Notes under the pieces: model-generated | Database searches by the model: none | Seen by the model: only the letters and a program-made list of their open reading frames with translations | What the model was told of the DNA's origin: nothing | Made by a program: the position numbers and the translations under genes | DNA from: a virus | Reading direction: 5' to 3' (one strand) | IMG/VR virus record: IMGVR_UViG_3300040971_000026 | Coordinates: 2,306 to 66,305 of that record | DNA length: 64,000 bases | Shown here: positions 41,248 to 50,951 of the stretch, piece after piece | Numbering within the stretch: position 1 is the stretch's first letter | Layout of the letters: the number at the start of each line of letters is the position of its first letter

Positions 41248-41628
41248 ATGGCAGAAACACATGCGACTAAAGAAGGGTGCGAGTTTAGATTGAAGGCTCT
41301 GGAAGACGGAGTTAAAGAAATAAAAGAAGATATAAAAGATTTGCCAGTCATAGAGAAGCTACTAGAACAACAAATAGCTTCGAATGAAATGCAAAATCAT
41401 ACATTGGCGAGTCTTGACAAGACCCTATCTGATGTTAGCCATACTATGCAGTCCATAAGTAAGAATCAAGACATAATGAAGGTCGACATAGAAGGGTTGC
41501 AAAGCAATATATGGGGATTACAAAAGGAAAGAACCATAAATATAATGGAAGTAATAAAAGCGAATTGGATAAAGCTAATCCTTGGTGGATATGTAGCTTG
41601 GGATGTTTTATCAAACAAGCTTCAGTAA
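41248..41628 (+). CDS. Holin-like/XhlA-like protein
   Basis: Coiled coil with a C-terminal hydrophobic segment; precedes the endolysin. Confidence 0.5.
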   Translation: MAETHATKEGCEFRLKALEDGVKEIKEDIKDLPVIEKLLEQQIASNEMQNHTLASLDKTLSDVSHTMQSISKNQDIMKVDIEGLQSNIWGLQKERTINIMEVIKANWIKLILGGYVAWDVLSNKLQ

Positions 41629-41637
41629 AGAGGTGAA

Positions 41638-42264
41638 ATGATGATACAATTTAAACATTTACCAACATCCAATAATAGGATAACTTCTTCGTTTGGATGG
41701 AGAGCATTTAATGGTGGAGGATTCCATAATGGGCTTGACTTCGGAGCAGTAGTAGCCGGAAGAGATGGCGACCCTCTATTTGCTGTAAATGATGGATTTG
41801 TGGCAAGAGCCTATAAATCTACATCCTATGGTTATTGCGTAATAATTCAACACGATGGATGGTGCTCATTATATGCTCACTTGCAGAATCTAATCGTTAA
41901 AACTGGTCAAAAGGTAGTATCTGGTCAAGTAGTGGCAAAAATGGGCAATACCGGTATCTCTCAGGCAACTCACTTGCATTTTGAAGTAAGAGACTGTCTG
42001 TACGATGATAAATTCTGGGTTAGAGATGGTGCAGATACTAAAAAGTATAAGTACTGCGTAGACCCAAAACCATTTATAGACGAACAAATAAGAGGGGGAA
42101 GATATATGAGTGCTGATGAAGTTATTATGAATAGTAATTTGGATAGACCCGAAGACTGGATTGCGTATAAAAATAAACTAAAAGAATTAGCCAAAGTTGC
42201 TCCTAATGATTTAAGACTAGGCGAGTTTATTGATGCCTTTATTGAAAAAATAGGCAATCGTTAA
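41638..42264 (+). CDS. M23 peptidase, probable endolysin
   Basis: ITSSFG, HNGLD, YAHL, GNTG, HLHFE. Confidence 0.88.
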   Translation: MMIQFKHLPTSNNRITSSFGWRAFNGGGFHNGLDFGAVVAGRDGDPLFAVNDGFVARAYKSTSYGYCVIIQHDGWCSLYAHLQNLIVKTGQKVVSGQVVAKMGNTGISQATHLHFEVRDCLYDDKFWVRDGADTKKYKYCVDPKPFIDEQIRGGRYMSADEVIMNSNLDRPEDWIAYKNKLKELAKVAPNDLRLGEFIDAFIEKIGNR

Positions 42265-42273
42265 ATAGTTACG

Positions 42274-42291
42274 TTAAAATATGAATTTTAT
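42274..42291. repeat. 18-bp palindromic site, copy 5
   Basis: TTAAAA-TATGAA-TTTTAT. Confidence 0.6.
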
Positions 42292-42322
42292 TAAGATATT
42301 ACAGAAAATATAGGAAGGTGGA

Positions 42323-42607
42323 GTGTTCATGGTTACATGGATTAAGAAGGTGTTGGGGCTAACAAATAGCGAGCTATTTTCATATGTAGTACTAATTATA
42401 TGGGTAGCAACTGTAATAATGAGCTTTGTGGCTCTATTGGTTTTCGAAAAGGAAACTGGATTTATATTAACAGCAGTGAGTGGTACATTTGTGGTTGTCC
42501 TCACGGATTATTTATTCAAGGCCTTTAATGAAAATAAATTAAAATATGGTGATGGAAGCGTCGATGTCGAAAAAATAATGAGTAAAATACAAGAACTTAT
42601 AAAATAA
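42323..42607 (+). CDS. Two-TM membrane protein (holin candidate)
   Basis: Two hydrophobic helices and a charged C-terminus. Confidence 0.6.
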   Translation: MFMVTWIKKVLGLTNSELFSYVVLIIWVATVIMSFVALLVFEKETGFILTAVSGTFVVVLTDYLFKAFNENKLKYGDGSVDVEKIMSKIQELIK

Positions 42608-42625
42608 TTTGAAGGAGGATTTGAA

Positions 42626-43006
42626 ATGGATTTGAATACAATTTTACTATTAGTAGCAATATGTTTGTTTGGTGGAGTCGGGGGCTACTTGTTTATTAAA
42701 TACCTCAAGGACGAGCCAAGAACAAGTGAAGTAATTTATACTATAGACCAAGTATTAAGCATCTTATATGCTATAGCGTCAGCTACTTTCCCAGAAGATA
42801 ATTCTAAAGTATCTATGATTTATGACTCTTTGAAAACTACTTTAGAACTAGCTAAAAGCCTAAAAGATGATGATAGACTAGATAAGGAAATGTTAAAAAC
42901 ATTCCTACTTGATATAATCAGAGATTGGAACATTGAGGTTACAGATAGAGAACGAGCGGTTGTTATTTCTGGCATAGAGTTAATCTATGTTTTTGTAAGT
43001 AAGTAA
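42626..43006 (+). CDS. Membrane protein (holin candidate)
   Basis: N-terminal TM helix, RBS GGAGG. Confidence 0.6.
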   Translation: MDLNTILLLVAICLFGGVGGYLFIKYLKDEPRTSEVIYTIDQVLSILYAIASATFPEDNSKVSMIYDSLKTTLELAKSLKDDDRLDKEMLKTFLLDIIRDWNIEVTDRERAVVISGIELIYVFVSK

Positions 43007-43024
43007 TCGCTATTAATATAACAC

Positions 43025-43069
43025 ACCCCTACTACTATTTAATTATAGTGTAGGGGTATTTTTTGCTTT
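43025..43069. terminator. Terminator at the convergence of the late and early regions
   Basis: ACCCCTAC...GTAGGGGT followed by a T-tract. Confidence 0.75.
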
Positions 43070-43699
43070 TCAATTGACCTGTTCTATGTCTTCTATTAGA
43101 TTGATTATATCTTCTAATTTAGACCAGTCCCTTAATATAAATCTCTCATCTGTAAAATCCTTATTCCATTCTTCATCATCACCGCAAAGCTTGGCACAAA
43201 TGCAATAATCTGGCATGTTTTCAATTCTAGTATATCGGTTTGGAAGTAAATTATCGGCATGGTCGTCAATCAAAATACTAAAACCATCTTTTACCGACAT
43301 ATCGTATTCGCTCTTGCCCGTATAAGCGCCCTTGCAGCTAGTAAATATGTGACCATCTATAATATCTCCAAAATGCCTATCTGTAAAAGTTGACTTATTG
43401 GCTATATTCTTCAGCGTGCCTTTTGAATATAGAATTATTTCATAGCCTCTTTTATTTAGCATTTCAAAAGCCTTATAAACTCCCTTGAAAACCTCTAGTT
43501 TGTGATTAAAGAAGTCTTCATGCCCAAATATTGAATCAATGAATTGAGGTGGCATTCCAGCATCCCAAGTGTTTATTTTTTCTCCGACAATTATCGGGTC
43601 GCCTATTTTTCTATAGTGCAGGTTGAATAATTCTGCCATACGAACCTTGCTATTAGTAATTGTGCCATCCATGTCTACGAAGATTTTCTTATGAACCAT
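43070..43699 (-). CDS. HAD-family 5'(3')-deoxyribonucleotidase
   Basis: IFVDMDGT and LIDD motifs. Confidence 0.8.
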   Translation of the reverse strand: MVHKKIFVDMDGTITNSKVRMAELFNLHYRKIGDPIIVGEKINTWDAGMPPQFIDSIFGHEDFFNHKLEVFKGVYKAFEMLNKRGYEIILYSKGTLKNIANKSTFTDRHFGDIIDGHIFTSCKGAYTGKSEYDMSVKDGFSILIDDHADNLLPNRYTRIENMPDYCICAKLCGDDEEWNKDFTDERFILRDWSKLEDIINLIEDIEQVN

Positions 43700-43709
43700 A
43701 ACTCCTCCT

Positions 43710-43805
43710 CTAACCTAGTACTTTTACTGCTATTCCAATTAGCAAAATAAAAAATGCTAATGGTGGATAGATAAGTAGTGCTATTAAAAATATTACAAAC
43801 CACAT
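43710..43805 (-). CDS. 31-aa hydrophobic membrane peptide (not in the ORF track)
   Basis: MWFVIFLIALLIYPPLAFFILLIGIAVKVLG, RBS GAAAGGAA. Confidence 0.6.
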   Translation of the reverse strand: MWFVIFLIALLIYPPLAFFILLIGIAVKVLG

Positions 43806-43817
43806 ATAATTTCCTTT

Positions 43818-44216
43818 CTAGCCACCAAGCAATTCTTTGGCTTTTATTAAAATATTGATAGCATCCTCTAATTCTGATTGTTCTAATATGTCTGTGCTAA
43901 AATTTACATCCTTGTTTTGAATATCGACGTAAGCAGAAAGACCGGAATTGGCAATTATATCATATGCCATAGTTTTAATCACTAAGTCTAAAACAGGTTC
44001 TTCTACCAGTATAAAATCAACCTCTTCCATTTGACTTCTTCTTTGCCAATAATCCATCCATTTATCAAATAATGTGTCTCCGCTACTTGAACTTACAAAT
44101 ACATCCCAAATATAACCATTATTATCTTTTAGCCCACTTTCTGTTAATTCATAAATCTTGCCGGCAGTAAAGTCGCCTCTGGTTGTCATGATACATTTAA
44201 CTCTTTGATTTTTCAT
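43818..44216 (-). CDS. Hypothetical protein; N-terminal domain paralogous to 50501..50938
   Basis: 132 aa; shared DF..G..Y.LT..G.KD..GY.W...S.G.TLF..W..(F/Y)W. Confidence 0.7.
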   Translation of the reverse strand: MKNQRVKCIMTTRGDFTAGKIYELTESGLKDNNGYIWDVFVSSSSGDTLFDKWMDYWQRRSQMEEVDFILVEEPVLDLVIKTMAYDIIANSGLSAYVDIQNKDVNFSTDILEQSELEDAINILIKAKELLGG

Positions 44217-44225
44217 ATTTGCCTC

Positions 44226-44453
44226 CTATTTCAAACTCGCTCTTGGTCTATGCTCTGATTCGCCAACTGTTTCAAATGTGATATTCCTAGATTTTAATAA
44301 TTTAAATATCTTAGTTTCTTCGTCCAAATAGAATTCGGCAGCATCGCCTTTCTTTTTAATAACTGATAAGCAATTGCTAAATGGAAATTCGTGTAACCAA
44401 ATATCACCACTCCACGAAACATCAAACCCTTTTAATATCTTAAATCGAACCAT
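44226..44453 (-). CDS. Hypothetical protein
   Basis: 75-aa ORF overlapping the end of gmk. Confidence 0.55.
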   Translation of the reverse strand: MVRFKILKGFDVSWSGDIWLHEFPFSNCLSVIKKKGDAAEFYLDEETKIFKLLKSRNITFETVGESEHRPRASLK

Positions 44454-45006
44454 TGGATTTTACCACCTTCATTATTTCTTCTATCGAGTCGTCCAAGTTC
44501 TTGTTTTTAACGATAGCTTTATAATACTTGTTAATATTTTCTTTTGTAAACGTTTTTAAATCGTCCACTTCTCTTCTATCCCATTCGGAGTTATTGTGAC
44601 CGCCTCTATTAATAGAACGTTGCTTTCTAATTTCAGAATCTACGTATATATATATTGGAATAACTCTATCACCAAAATACTGAATAAATTCGATAGTGCC
44701 TTCTACGTCAAGCACAACTACGTACTTTCTATTATCAAGTATTTCTCCTTTGCTTACTCCATAATACCATGTATCCTTTACATTGTCAACAAGAGTTTCG
44801 TAACTTCTAGTTTCAATCATTGGTATGGTGTCAAATTCCTCTTTTGAAACGAAACGGTAAGGGTTGCACTCCGATTCACACGGCCGCATCGGTCTAGTCG
44901 TGTGAGATATCACAAACCAATATCCGTATTTTTCTTTTAATAATTGACATAGTGTGTCTTTGCCACTAGCACTCAGTCCTGTCAAAACTACTATTTCATT
45001 ATTCAT
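44440..45006 (-). CDS. gmk: Guanylate kinase
   Basis: GLSASGKDT, SHTTRPMR, Y.FVS..EF, WYYG. Confidence 0.88.
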   Translation of the reverse strand: MNNEIVVLTGLSASGKDTLCQLLKEKYGYWFVISHTTRPMRPCESECNPYRFVSKEEFDTIPMIETRSYETLVDNVKDTWYYGVSKGEILDNRKYVVVLDVEGTIEFIQYFGDRVIPIYIYVDSEIRKQRSINRGGHNNSEWDRREVDDLKTFTKENINKYYKAIVKNKNLDDSIEEIMKVVKSNGSI

Positions 45007-45017
45007 ATAGCAACTCC

Positions 45018-45200
45018 CTATAAATCAAAGTATGGAATATATCTTTCTATTGATTCATCTGCAAACCCTAAACCTTTTAGGAAATATGTAAATTCTTTTA
45101 CCACTTCTTCTATAAAAATTTTATCCTCAAATTCTCTAGTGCTGATTGTCCCATCCCCGTCTGTGTGTATAAGTTTATACTTGTCTACTCTTTCTTCCAT
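45018..45200 (-). CDS. Hypothetical protein
   Basis: 60 aa, RBS AAGGAGG. Confidence 0.7.
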   Translation of the reverse strand: MEERVDKYKLIHTDGDGTISTREFEDKIFIEEVVKEFTYFLKGLGFADESIERYIPYFDL

Positions 45201-45213
45201 TTTTACTTCCTCC

Positions 45214-45231
45214 TTAAAACGATGATTTTAT
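45214..45231. repeat. 18-bp palindromic site, copy 6
   Basis: TTAAAA-CGATGA-TTTTAT-CGTG, overlapping the RBS of 45018..45200. Confidence 0.7.
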
Positions 45232-45277
45232 CGTGCCATTTTTGACACTTTATTATTATTAGTTACAATATATTATA

Positions 45278-45526
45278 CTATTTTACCCTTTTTATTTCTA
45301 ATTTATATGGCAATTTGAATGTCAACAACCCTTTTTCTTGTTTATCGAAGCTAGGAAAATATTGTGCGTCTTGTAATATACCAACATACTTTCCTAGTAG
45401 AAATTCTTTGCCTATTTGGTTTAAATATCTATTATAAAAAAGCTTTTGTTCCATATCAATTGATTCAGCTACAATCCCACCATCTTCAGATAATATTTTT
45501 ACTACTTGACTTTTAGTTAACTCCAT
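45278..45526 (-). CDS. Hypothetical protein
   Basis: 82 aa, RBS GAGGTG. Confidence 0.65.
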   Translation of the reverse strand: MELTKSQVVKILSEDGGIVAESIDMEQKLFYNRYLNQIGKEFLLGKYVGILQDAQYFPSFDKQEKGLLTFKLPYKLEIKRVK

Positions 45527-45535
45527 TAAACACCT

Positions 45536-46258
45536 CTACTCCATTTTTAATTTTGTTAGAACATCTGCAAATTCCTGGTTCAACGCACGAGCAACTAATA
45601 GCTTTATCTTTTCTGCTAATTGTTTTACCTCTTCGTTTGCAGTACTATTAATATCTCTGTGTTGAATAATATGACAAAGCTCAGGATATTGAACCTTGAA
45701 TATGAATGTCGATGGAATCGCTTCTGGATACAAACCACGCTTAGCATCTTTGTCTTTTTGTAGCGAATCAATTATATATCCGAAGTCTGTCTTAACATAC
45801 ATATCCTTTCCAACAAATACATTATTTGGCAACTCTATTCCGAGTATATCCAACATTTCAAATGGGTACAGTATCTTATCTTTATAGTAGTCAGATTTTT
45901 CACCATCAGAGAAGGTTGCTAATCTAGTAGATGCTCTTACTATCCTATTATCCATTCGCTTGGCATGGGAATCCCAATCATCTTGTCCTGCTCTGTGAAT
46001 ATTTTCTACTACAAAACTAAGGTCGATGAATCTGAGTAGTGTAGTATGTTTATGCTCATATCCATATTTAAGAATCATCTTCAAATAGTCCAACATTTCT
46101 TTTGATGGATGGCGAACTAGAAATCCATCAAGAGTTAAATTGTCTTCGCAAACAGATATGATTCTATCATTCAACTCTTTAGTCCAAGTTCTTTTTGATA
46201 GATACATTGAAATTATAGCATCTTCGATTCCAGTTATTTTATTCAAGTATACATTCAT
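45536..46258 (-). CDS. Divergent ThyX-like (flavin-dependent thymidylate synthase fold) protein
   Basis: HTTLLRFI...IHR...STRL, DAKRGLYP, HR...A..EV; canonical RHR motif absent; in the nucleotide-metabolism cluster. Confidence 0.55.
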   Translation of the reverse strand: MNVYLNKITGIEDAIISMYLSKRTWTKELNDRIISVCEDNLTLDGFLVRHPSKEMLDYLKMILKYGYEHKHTTLLRFIDLSFVVENIHRAGQDDWDSHAKRMDNRIVRASTRLATFSDGEKSDYYKDKILYPFEMLDILGIELPNNVFVGKDMYVKTDFGYIIDSLQKDKDAKRGLYPEAIPSTFIFKVQYPELCHIIQHRDINSTANEEVKQLAEKIKLLVARALNQEFADVLTKLKME

Positions 46259-46264
46259 GAGTAG

Positions 46265-46432
46265 CTACTCCTTCTTTGATTTAATAATATTTTCTATACA
46301 TTGTTGAATATTTCTCATATTATCACAATGTCCGAATAAATGTTCTCCATTTTCTAAGAACACTTCTATTTCATAATTTCCTTCAGTGCCTCTTACCCTA
46401 ATTTCGTTAGAGTTCATCATTTCCATCAGCAT
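46265..46432 (-). CDS. Small hypothetical protein (not in the ORF track)
   Basis: Open frame MLMEMMNSNEIRVRG... after AAGGAG, filling the gap. Confidence 0.45.
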   Translation of the reverse strand: MLMEMMNSNEIRVRGTEGNYEIEVFLENGEHLFGHCDNMRNIQQCIENIIKSKKE

Positions 46433-46631
46433 ACTCCTTTGCAATCTCTAATAGTTTGGCAATAACATCATCAATATCTTCGATTCTAAGTGACACGCAT
46501 TCAATACAATCAGAATTCGTTGTACTTATTCCAATGAATATTGGCCGCATAGTATCTACATTATCTTCGATTATTAATGTTTGTCCTATTTCTTCGTCAT
46601 CAATGTATAGTGGTTTAATTTCCCTTTTCAT
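46407..46631 (-). CDS. Hypothetical protein
   Basis: 74 aa, RBS GAAAGGAA. Confidence 0.65.
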   Translation of the reverse strand: MKREIKPLYIDDEEIGQTLIIEDNVDTMRPIFIGISTTNSDCIECVSLRIEDIDDVIAKLLEIAKEYADGNDEL

Positions 46632-46748
46632 TTGGCTTTCCTTTCTTTAATAGATATTTTTTAGCACATTCAATTAAGTGGTCGGTTAATCCTTCGTCAT
46701 AATCACGCAATAATTCTAATATCTGAAATATTGTTTCTATACTACCAT

Positions 46749-47180
46749 CTACCTTCCGGTTGAACCGAATCCGCCTCGGTCTTCATTATCTAATGATTCG
46801 ACAACTTCAAGCTCAAAATCGTCCATAACTTTATTAATTCTAAACTGGCAAATTCTATCACCTTTATTAATCACTCCACGCTTTAATGAATATACAGGCA
46901 TATGCCACTGGTCGTTATCTCCATTATATGACTCATCGATTACGCCGTAATGATTGGTTTGAATAATTCCATATTTCTTAAATGTTCCAGACCTAGGAAC
47001 AATATTGGCCTCATACCCCTTTGGCAACTCCATTGCTACTCCCAGTGGTATCATGAACGATTCGTCCGATAAATAATCAATGGTTTTGTTTGCTTTTAGG
47101 TCTATCCAGTTGCCTTGTGATATTTTGGTAATTGGCTCTGCGCCCTCAAAGTATTTTATTTTAATCTTCTGCATGGTCAT
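46749..47180 (-). CDS. dut: Trimeric dUTPase
   Basis: [26 protein letters not shown] motifs. Confidence 0.92.
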   Translation of the reverse strand: MTMQKIKIKYFEGAEPITKISQGNWIDLKANKTIDYLSDESFMIPLGVAMELPKGYEANIVPRSGTFKKYGIIQTNHYGVIDESYNGDNDQWHMPVYSLKRGVINKGDRICQFRINKVMDDFELEVVESLDNEDRGGFGSTGR

Positions 47181-47218
47181 CTCCTTTTGTTTTATAAGTT
47201 CATTATACGCCTGTTTAA

Positions 47219-47818
47219 TTAATATGTCAAGAGTTTTGATTTTAAATATTCATGAATATTTTTCATTTTATAATTTTGTATAAATCCTATTTCATTATAA
47301 AACCTTAGAACTTCAAGCTGTCTGCCTATATTTAAGTCATAGCTTTCTCTGCACAAATATTCCCCATTGTGGAACTTGTTTAATTTTGCTTTATTTGTAG
47401 TCACATAAGGATTGAACCCAAGCAACATCAATTCGTCCTTCAACTTATTAATTAATTCTATCGAAGTTGATTTAAAGGAGATTCTTCCAACTTTTATAAA
47501 TGAGCCATTTGCAGAATATAGCCCCCTTATGAATGAAGTTTTATTATCATCGCTCCAGTTATCGAAGGTCTTAGGAAATTCTCGGTTAGGCAAGTTTCTT
47601 GAGTCAAATCTTAGCGACCTTAGTTCATTGAGGATATTATTTTCATTGTAGTATACCGTCCTATTTTTTAGTCCAGACAGTTCAAAATAGGTATATATAT
47701 CGCCATCATTCGCCCCTATGTTTATTTCAATCCCTTTGTGGTACTGTGATTTTAGCCGACCCAAATCTCCATCGCCCTGTATAAAGCCGAATAATTCATA
47801 TTTCTTATTAAAACTCAT
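47219..47818 (-). CDS. Free-standing two-motif LAGLIDADG endonuclease
   Basis: LFGFIQGDG and [10 protein letters not shown] motifs; FYNEIGF. Confidence 0.8.
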   Translation of the reverse strand: MSFNKKYELFGFIQGDGDLGRLKSQYHKGIEINIGANDGDIYTYFELSGLKNRTVYYNENNILNELRSLRFDSRNLPNREFPKTFDNWSDDNKTSFIRGLYSANGSFIKVGRISFKSTSIELINKLKDELMLLGFNPYVTTNKAKLNKFHNGEYLCRESYDLNIGRQLEVLRFYNEIGFIQNYKMKNIHEYLKSKLLTY

Positions 47819-48260
47819 CCCAAAACTCCTTTGTTATATCTTCTATCTTATATAACCTTTGATTTGTTTTATTGGAATTTAATCCCCCAAGCTCAGATAT
47901 ATAACTTCCAATTTTATAATAGTTTAAGAAGGTAAATAATTTGCCATTAGGAGAATCGTTGCCACTATACATTGCGACCCTCAGCCCCATGTTTTTTATT
48001 TTTTTAGACAATAGAAAAATTTCATCATGAAAAGCGTCTCCCCCCAAGAATAGCACGCATGTAATCATGTCCTTGTAGTTGCCAAGGATGTGGTCAAGTT
48101 CTAACTCAGTCAAGGTGATTCCATTTTGCTCTCTTAGAAATGGGGAGTGACACCCAACGCAATTGTTGGGACATCCCTCTATTGTAAATGCTAAACATAT
48201 CTCATTTGGTATTTCTTGGAAAACAACGTTATAAGAGTGATACGTCATTTTATTTTCCAT
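47808..48260 (-). CDS. nrdG: Anaerobic ribonucleotide reductase activase
   Basis: GCPNNCVGCHS radical-SAM motif, LFLGG, TNQR. Confidence 0.92.
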   Translation of the reverse strand: MENKMTYHSYNVVFQEIPNEICLAFTIEGCPNNCVGCHSPFLREQNGITLTELELDHILGNYKDMITCVLFLGGDAFHDEIFLLSKKIKNMGLRVAMYSGNDSPNGKLFTFLNYYKIGSYISELGGLNSNKTNQRLYKIEDITKEFWDEF

Positions 48261-50379
48261 AATATCTTCTGCCCTCTTCCTCTTGTCTTTTTAAGCTAAA
48301 ACTAGAAACTCTTTTCAAGTATCCTATAATTCTAGTTAGATAATCAAGGTTTTCAGAGCCACACTTCTCACATTTTTTTAGCTTATTTTTGCTAATATTT
48401 CCACACTCATTGCATAGTGTGTTTGGTATATTGAACGTGAAATAATTACAACCCGTCTTTGCAGCAACTCTTAGTAAGCTTCTATATTGCTCTTTTGTTA
48501 AATGTTCGTCTAAATTTGCGTGAAGAGCAGAGCCACCATCTAAAAATTGAATATTTTCCTTTCCATGCAACTTGAATTTATCCAGCAAATTGGCGGATTG
48601 GTCTTCCACTATATAAAAATATGAATTATAAACATCTCTAGGAACAAAATATCCATCTAATCTATCCCAATTAGCGTGCTTTACTCCAAGATTCTCGGCG
48701 GGCACAAATTCTGTGTTAAACATTACTTTGTCTGTTTTTGCCCTCTTATTCTCTTCGTAAATTGGCTTTAGTATTGCGTTTAAGTAAGTATTGTATTCTT
48801 CGTTTGGAGATATTTCAATGCCTAAGAATTCAGCACCCTCTACTGCTCCGTTAATCCCAATTGTTAAAAACTGTTTGTTTAATGATATAAACCCAGCGTC
48901 ATATACGGGCAATAACCCAGATTCAAAGTTTTCTATCATTATTTCATTATACGCATTTTGATACTTGTGAATTTTAAGTATTTGTTCTCTAACAGCTTCG
49001 GATATTATTTCCAATTCCGTTGCTCTATTCAGTGATTTGCCTTTACAGTTTTCGTTATATGTATCTTGTACTAATCTGTTTATATTTATAGTCATAACCG
49101 ACTTTGAACCAGTTGCCACTCCCCCAGCGCCTAGGCTAAATGAAAATTCATTTTCCGTTATTTCATTTCTTAATCTACAACAGGAACTTAGACTATCCGC
49201 GCTCTCTGACATATACGTAAAAAATGAGTGCCCCTTTGCATACATTTCAGAGGCAAAGTCCGCATATTCAGAATCCTTGATGTCCTCATTCTCGGATAAT
49301 AGAGCCAACGTTTCTACTGGGAAGGTAAGTGGTTTCTTTGTCCGCTCATCATTAAACCAATTCATGAATTTCTTTTGCAACCAATTTAACGATTCCCATT
49401 GTGGCTTTGTGTAATCTGGAAATACAAAATCCCCAAACATGCTATCAAAATAAAACTTATCGAAATAGCTTATGTTCCAGAAAATGCTCTGGTAGCTCCT
49501 TGCCGCTGCTGGCTGATTTAAGCTATATACTACTTGTTGAAAAGAGTCCTCTATTGTTTTTTCTATTGTTCGGCCTCTTTTTGAAAATGTAACCTGTTTA
49601 TCTATATTTAAATAATAGTCTTCGCCATATTCTTTTCTTATAAAATAATCCATATACATAAGATATTCCGGAGTCGCAACCGCACCCGCAAATTGCGATG
49701 CAACAGCAAAAACTAGATTTATAAACGACCCACTGAACGACTGTAGATGTTTTGGCGGATTGCTATGACCTCCTAATTTGTCTAGCCCCTGAGTTAAAAA
49801 TGGATACATATTTACTGCAACACAATAAGGCATTATACTGGTTTCATCATGCTTATACAATTCATGTGAATTTAATTGTCTAAGATACTCTGTTGCCAAC
49901 TCTTCGCCATATAGCTCTTTTATTTTGTTAGTTAATAGCTTTCTGTTTAAAAGAATATTTTCTCGCTTATGCAATTCCCCTGATAGCGTAGATATATTTT
50001 TGTGCTCCACATTTGCGTTGGCATCAAATTTACTTCCAGTAGATGCGTTTGAAGCATTTTTATAATCCTCTATAAATAGTCGCTTGTCTTCTATATTCCT
50101 ATCTTCTGATTTAATATATCTGTATACCGTAAATGCAGTAGACGCTTTTTTTAGTTGGTGATAATCCATTAAGGCATATTGTATTTCGTCGCTAATTTCC
50201 TCTACAGTTCTATCCTCATCATCTGATTCTAATTTTGTGCGAATTTCTTCTTCTATTATATCTGCGATTGGATAATAAGAATCATCTATCTTCGCAGCAT
50301 CCATTGCCTTTTGTATTGCGAGCACAATTTTACTGCCGTCATACTCTACTTTTTCACCATTTCGTTTCAGTACATTCAT
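48250..50379 (-). CDS. nrdD: Anaerobic (class III) ribonucleoside-triphosphate reductase with ATP cone
   Basis: VLKRNG ATP cone, SSCCRL, PAEN, CxxC...CxxC, RIIGY glycyl-radical motif; start at 50379 behind AAGGAG. Confidence 0.95.
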   Translation of the reverse strand: MNVLKRNGEKVEYDGSKIVLAIQKAMDAAKIDDSYYPIADIIEEEIRTKLESDDEDRTVEEISDEIQYALMDYHQLKKASTAFTVYRYIKSEDRNIEDKRLFIEDYKNASNASTGSKFDANANVEHKNISTLSGELHKRENILLNRKLLTNKIKELYGEELATEYLRQLNSHELYKHDETSIMPYCVAVNMYPFLTQGLDKLGGHSNPPKHLQSFSGSFINLVFAVASQFAGAVATPEYLMYMDYFIRKEYGEDYYLNIDKQVTFSKRGRTIEKTIEDSFQQVVYSLNQPAAARSYQSIFWNISYFDKFYFDSMFGDFVFPDYTKPQWESLNWLQKKFMNWFNDERTKKPLTFPVETLALLSENEDIKDSEYADFASEMYAKGHSFFTYMSESADSLSSCCRLRNEITENEFSFSLGAGGVATGSKSVMTININRLVQDTYNENCKGKSLNRATELEIISEAVREQILKIHKYQNAYNEIMIENFESGLLPVYDAGFISLNKQFLTIGINGAVEGAEFLGIEISPNEEYNTYLNAILKPIYEENKRAKTDKVMFNTEFVPAENLGVKHANWDRLDGYFVPRDVYNSYFYIVEDQSANLLDKFKLHGKENIQFLDGGSALHANLDEHLTKEQYRSLLRVAAKTGCNYFTFNIPNTLCNECGNISKNKLKKCEKCGSENLDYLTRIIGYLKRVSSFSLKRQEEEGRRYYGK

Positions 50380-50500
50380 AAGTTTCTCCTTTTGTGTGTG
50401 ATTTTTAGCAGTCATTTTTAACATTTGAAGCGCTATATATCGGTAATAGGGAGCATGAATCACCCCCTATTTGCCATTTGAATATAGAACTTAACAAATA

Positions 50501-50938
50501 CTACTCCATAAATACGTCATATGGATTTTTCATATACTTCAAAATAGTGGAATCTTCAAAACTTAATGCTCTTGCAAATTTATAAACGTTTTCAAAGAAT
50601 GTTTGAGCATCTCCTTCAAATCTAAAACTAATTTCTGTGTTCGAATCAGAATGTGCGTCAAGGAATTGTAAATAGATACGACCATATTCTTCTTCTTTTT
50701 TATCCGACCCCGACTCTTCCTCTATTAATTCAAACGCTATAGCTCCATCTCTAATTTCAGGCTTCCAAAAACTACACCATCTCTCAAACAGTGTTTCACC
50801 AGGCGATTCTAAATAGTCCGTCCAAGAGTACCCCATAGAATCTTTACAACCATTGTTGGTTAGTGTGTATCTTACTCCTAACGAAAAGTCTTCTGGCGTA
50901 TAATCATTTCTCACAACTTTAAATACTTGTTCTTTCAT
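50501..50938 (-). CDS. Hypothetical two-domain protein
   Basis: 145 aa; N-half resembles 43818..44216, C-half resembles 45018..45200. Confidence 0.7.
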   Translation of the reverse strand: MKEQVFKVVRNDYTPEDFSLGVRYTLTNNGCKDSMGYSWTDYLESPGETLFERWCSFWKPEIRDGAIAFELIEEESGSDKKEEEYGRIYLQFLDAHSDSNTEISFRFEGDAQTFFENVYKFARALSFEDSTILKYMKNPYDVFME

Positions 50939-50951
50939 TTTACACCTCTTC

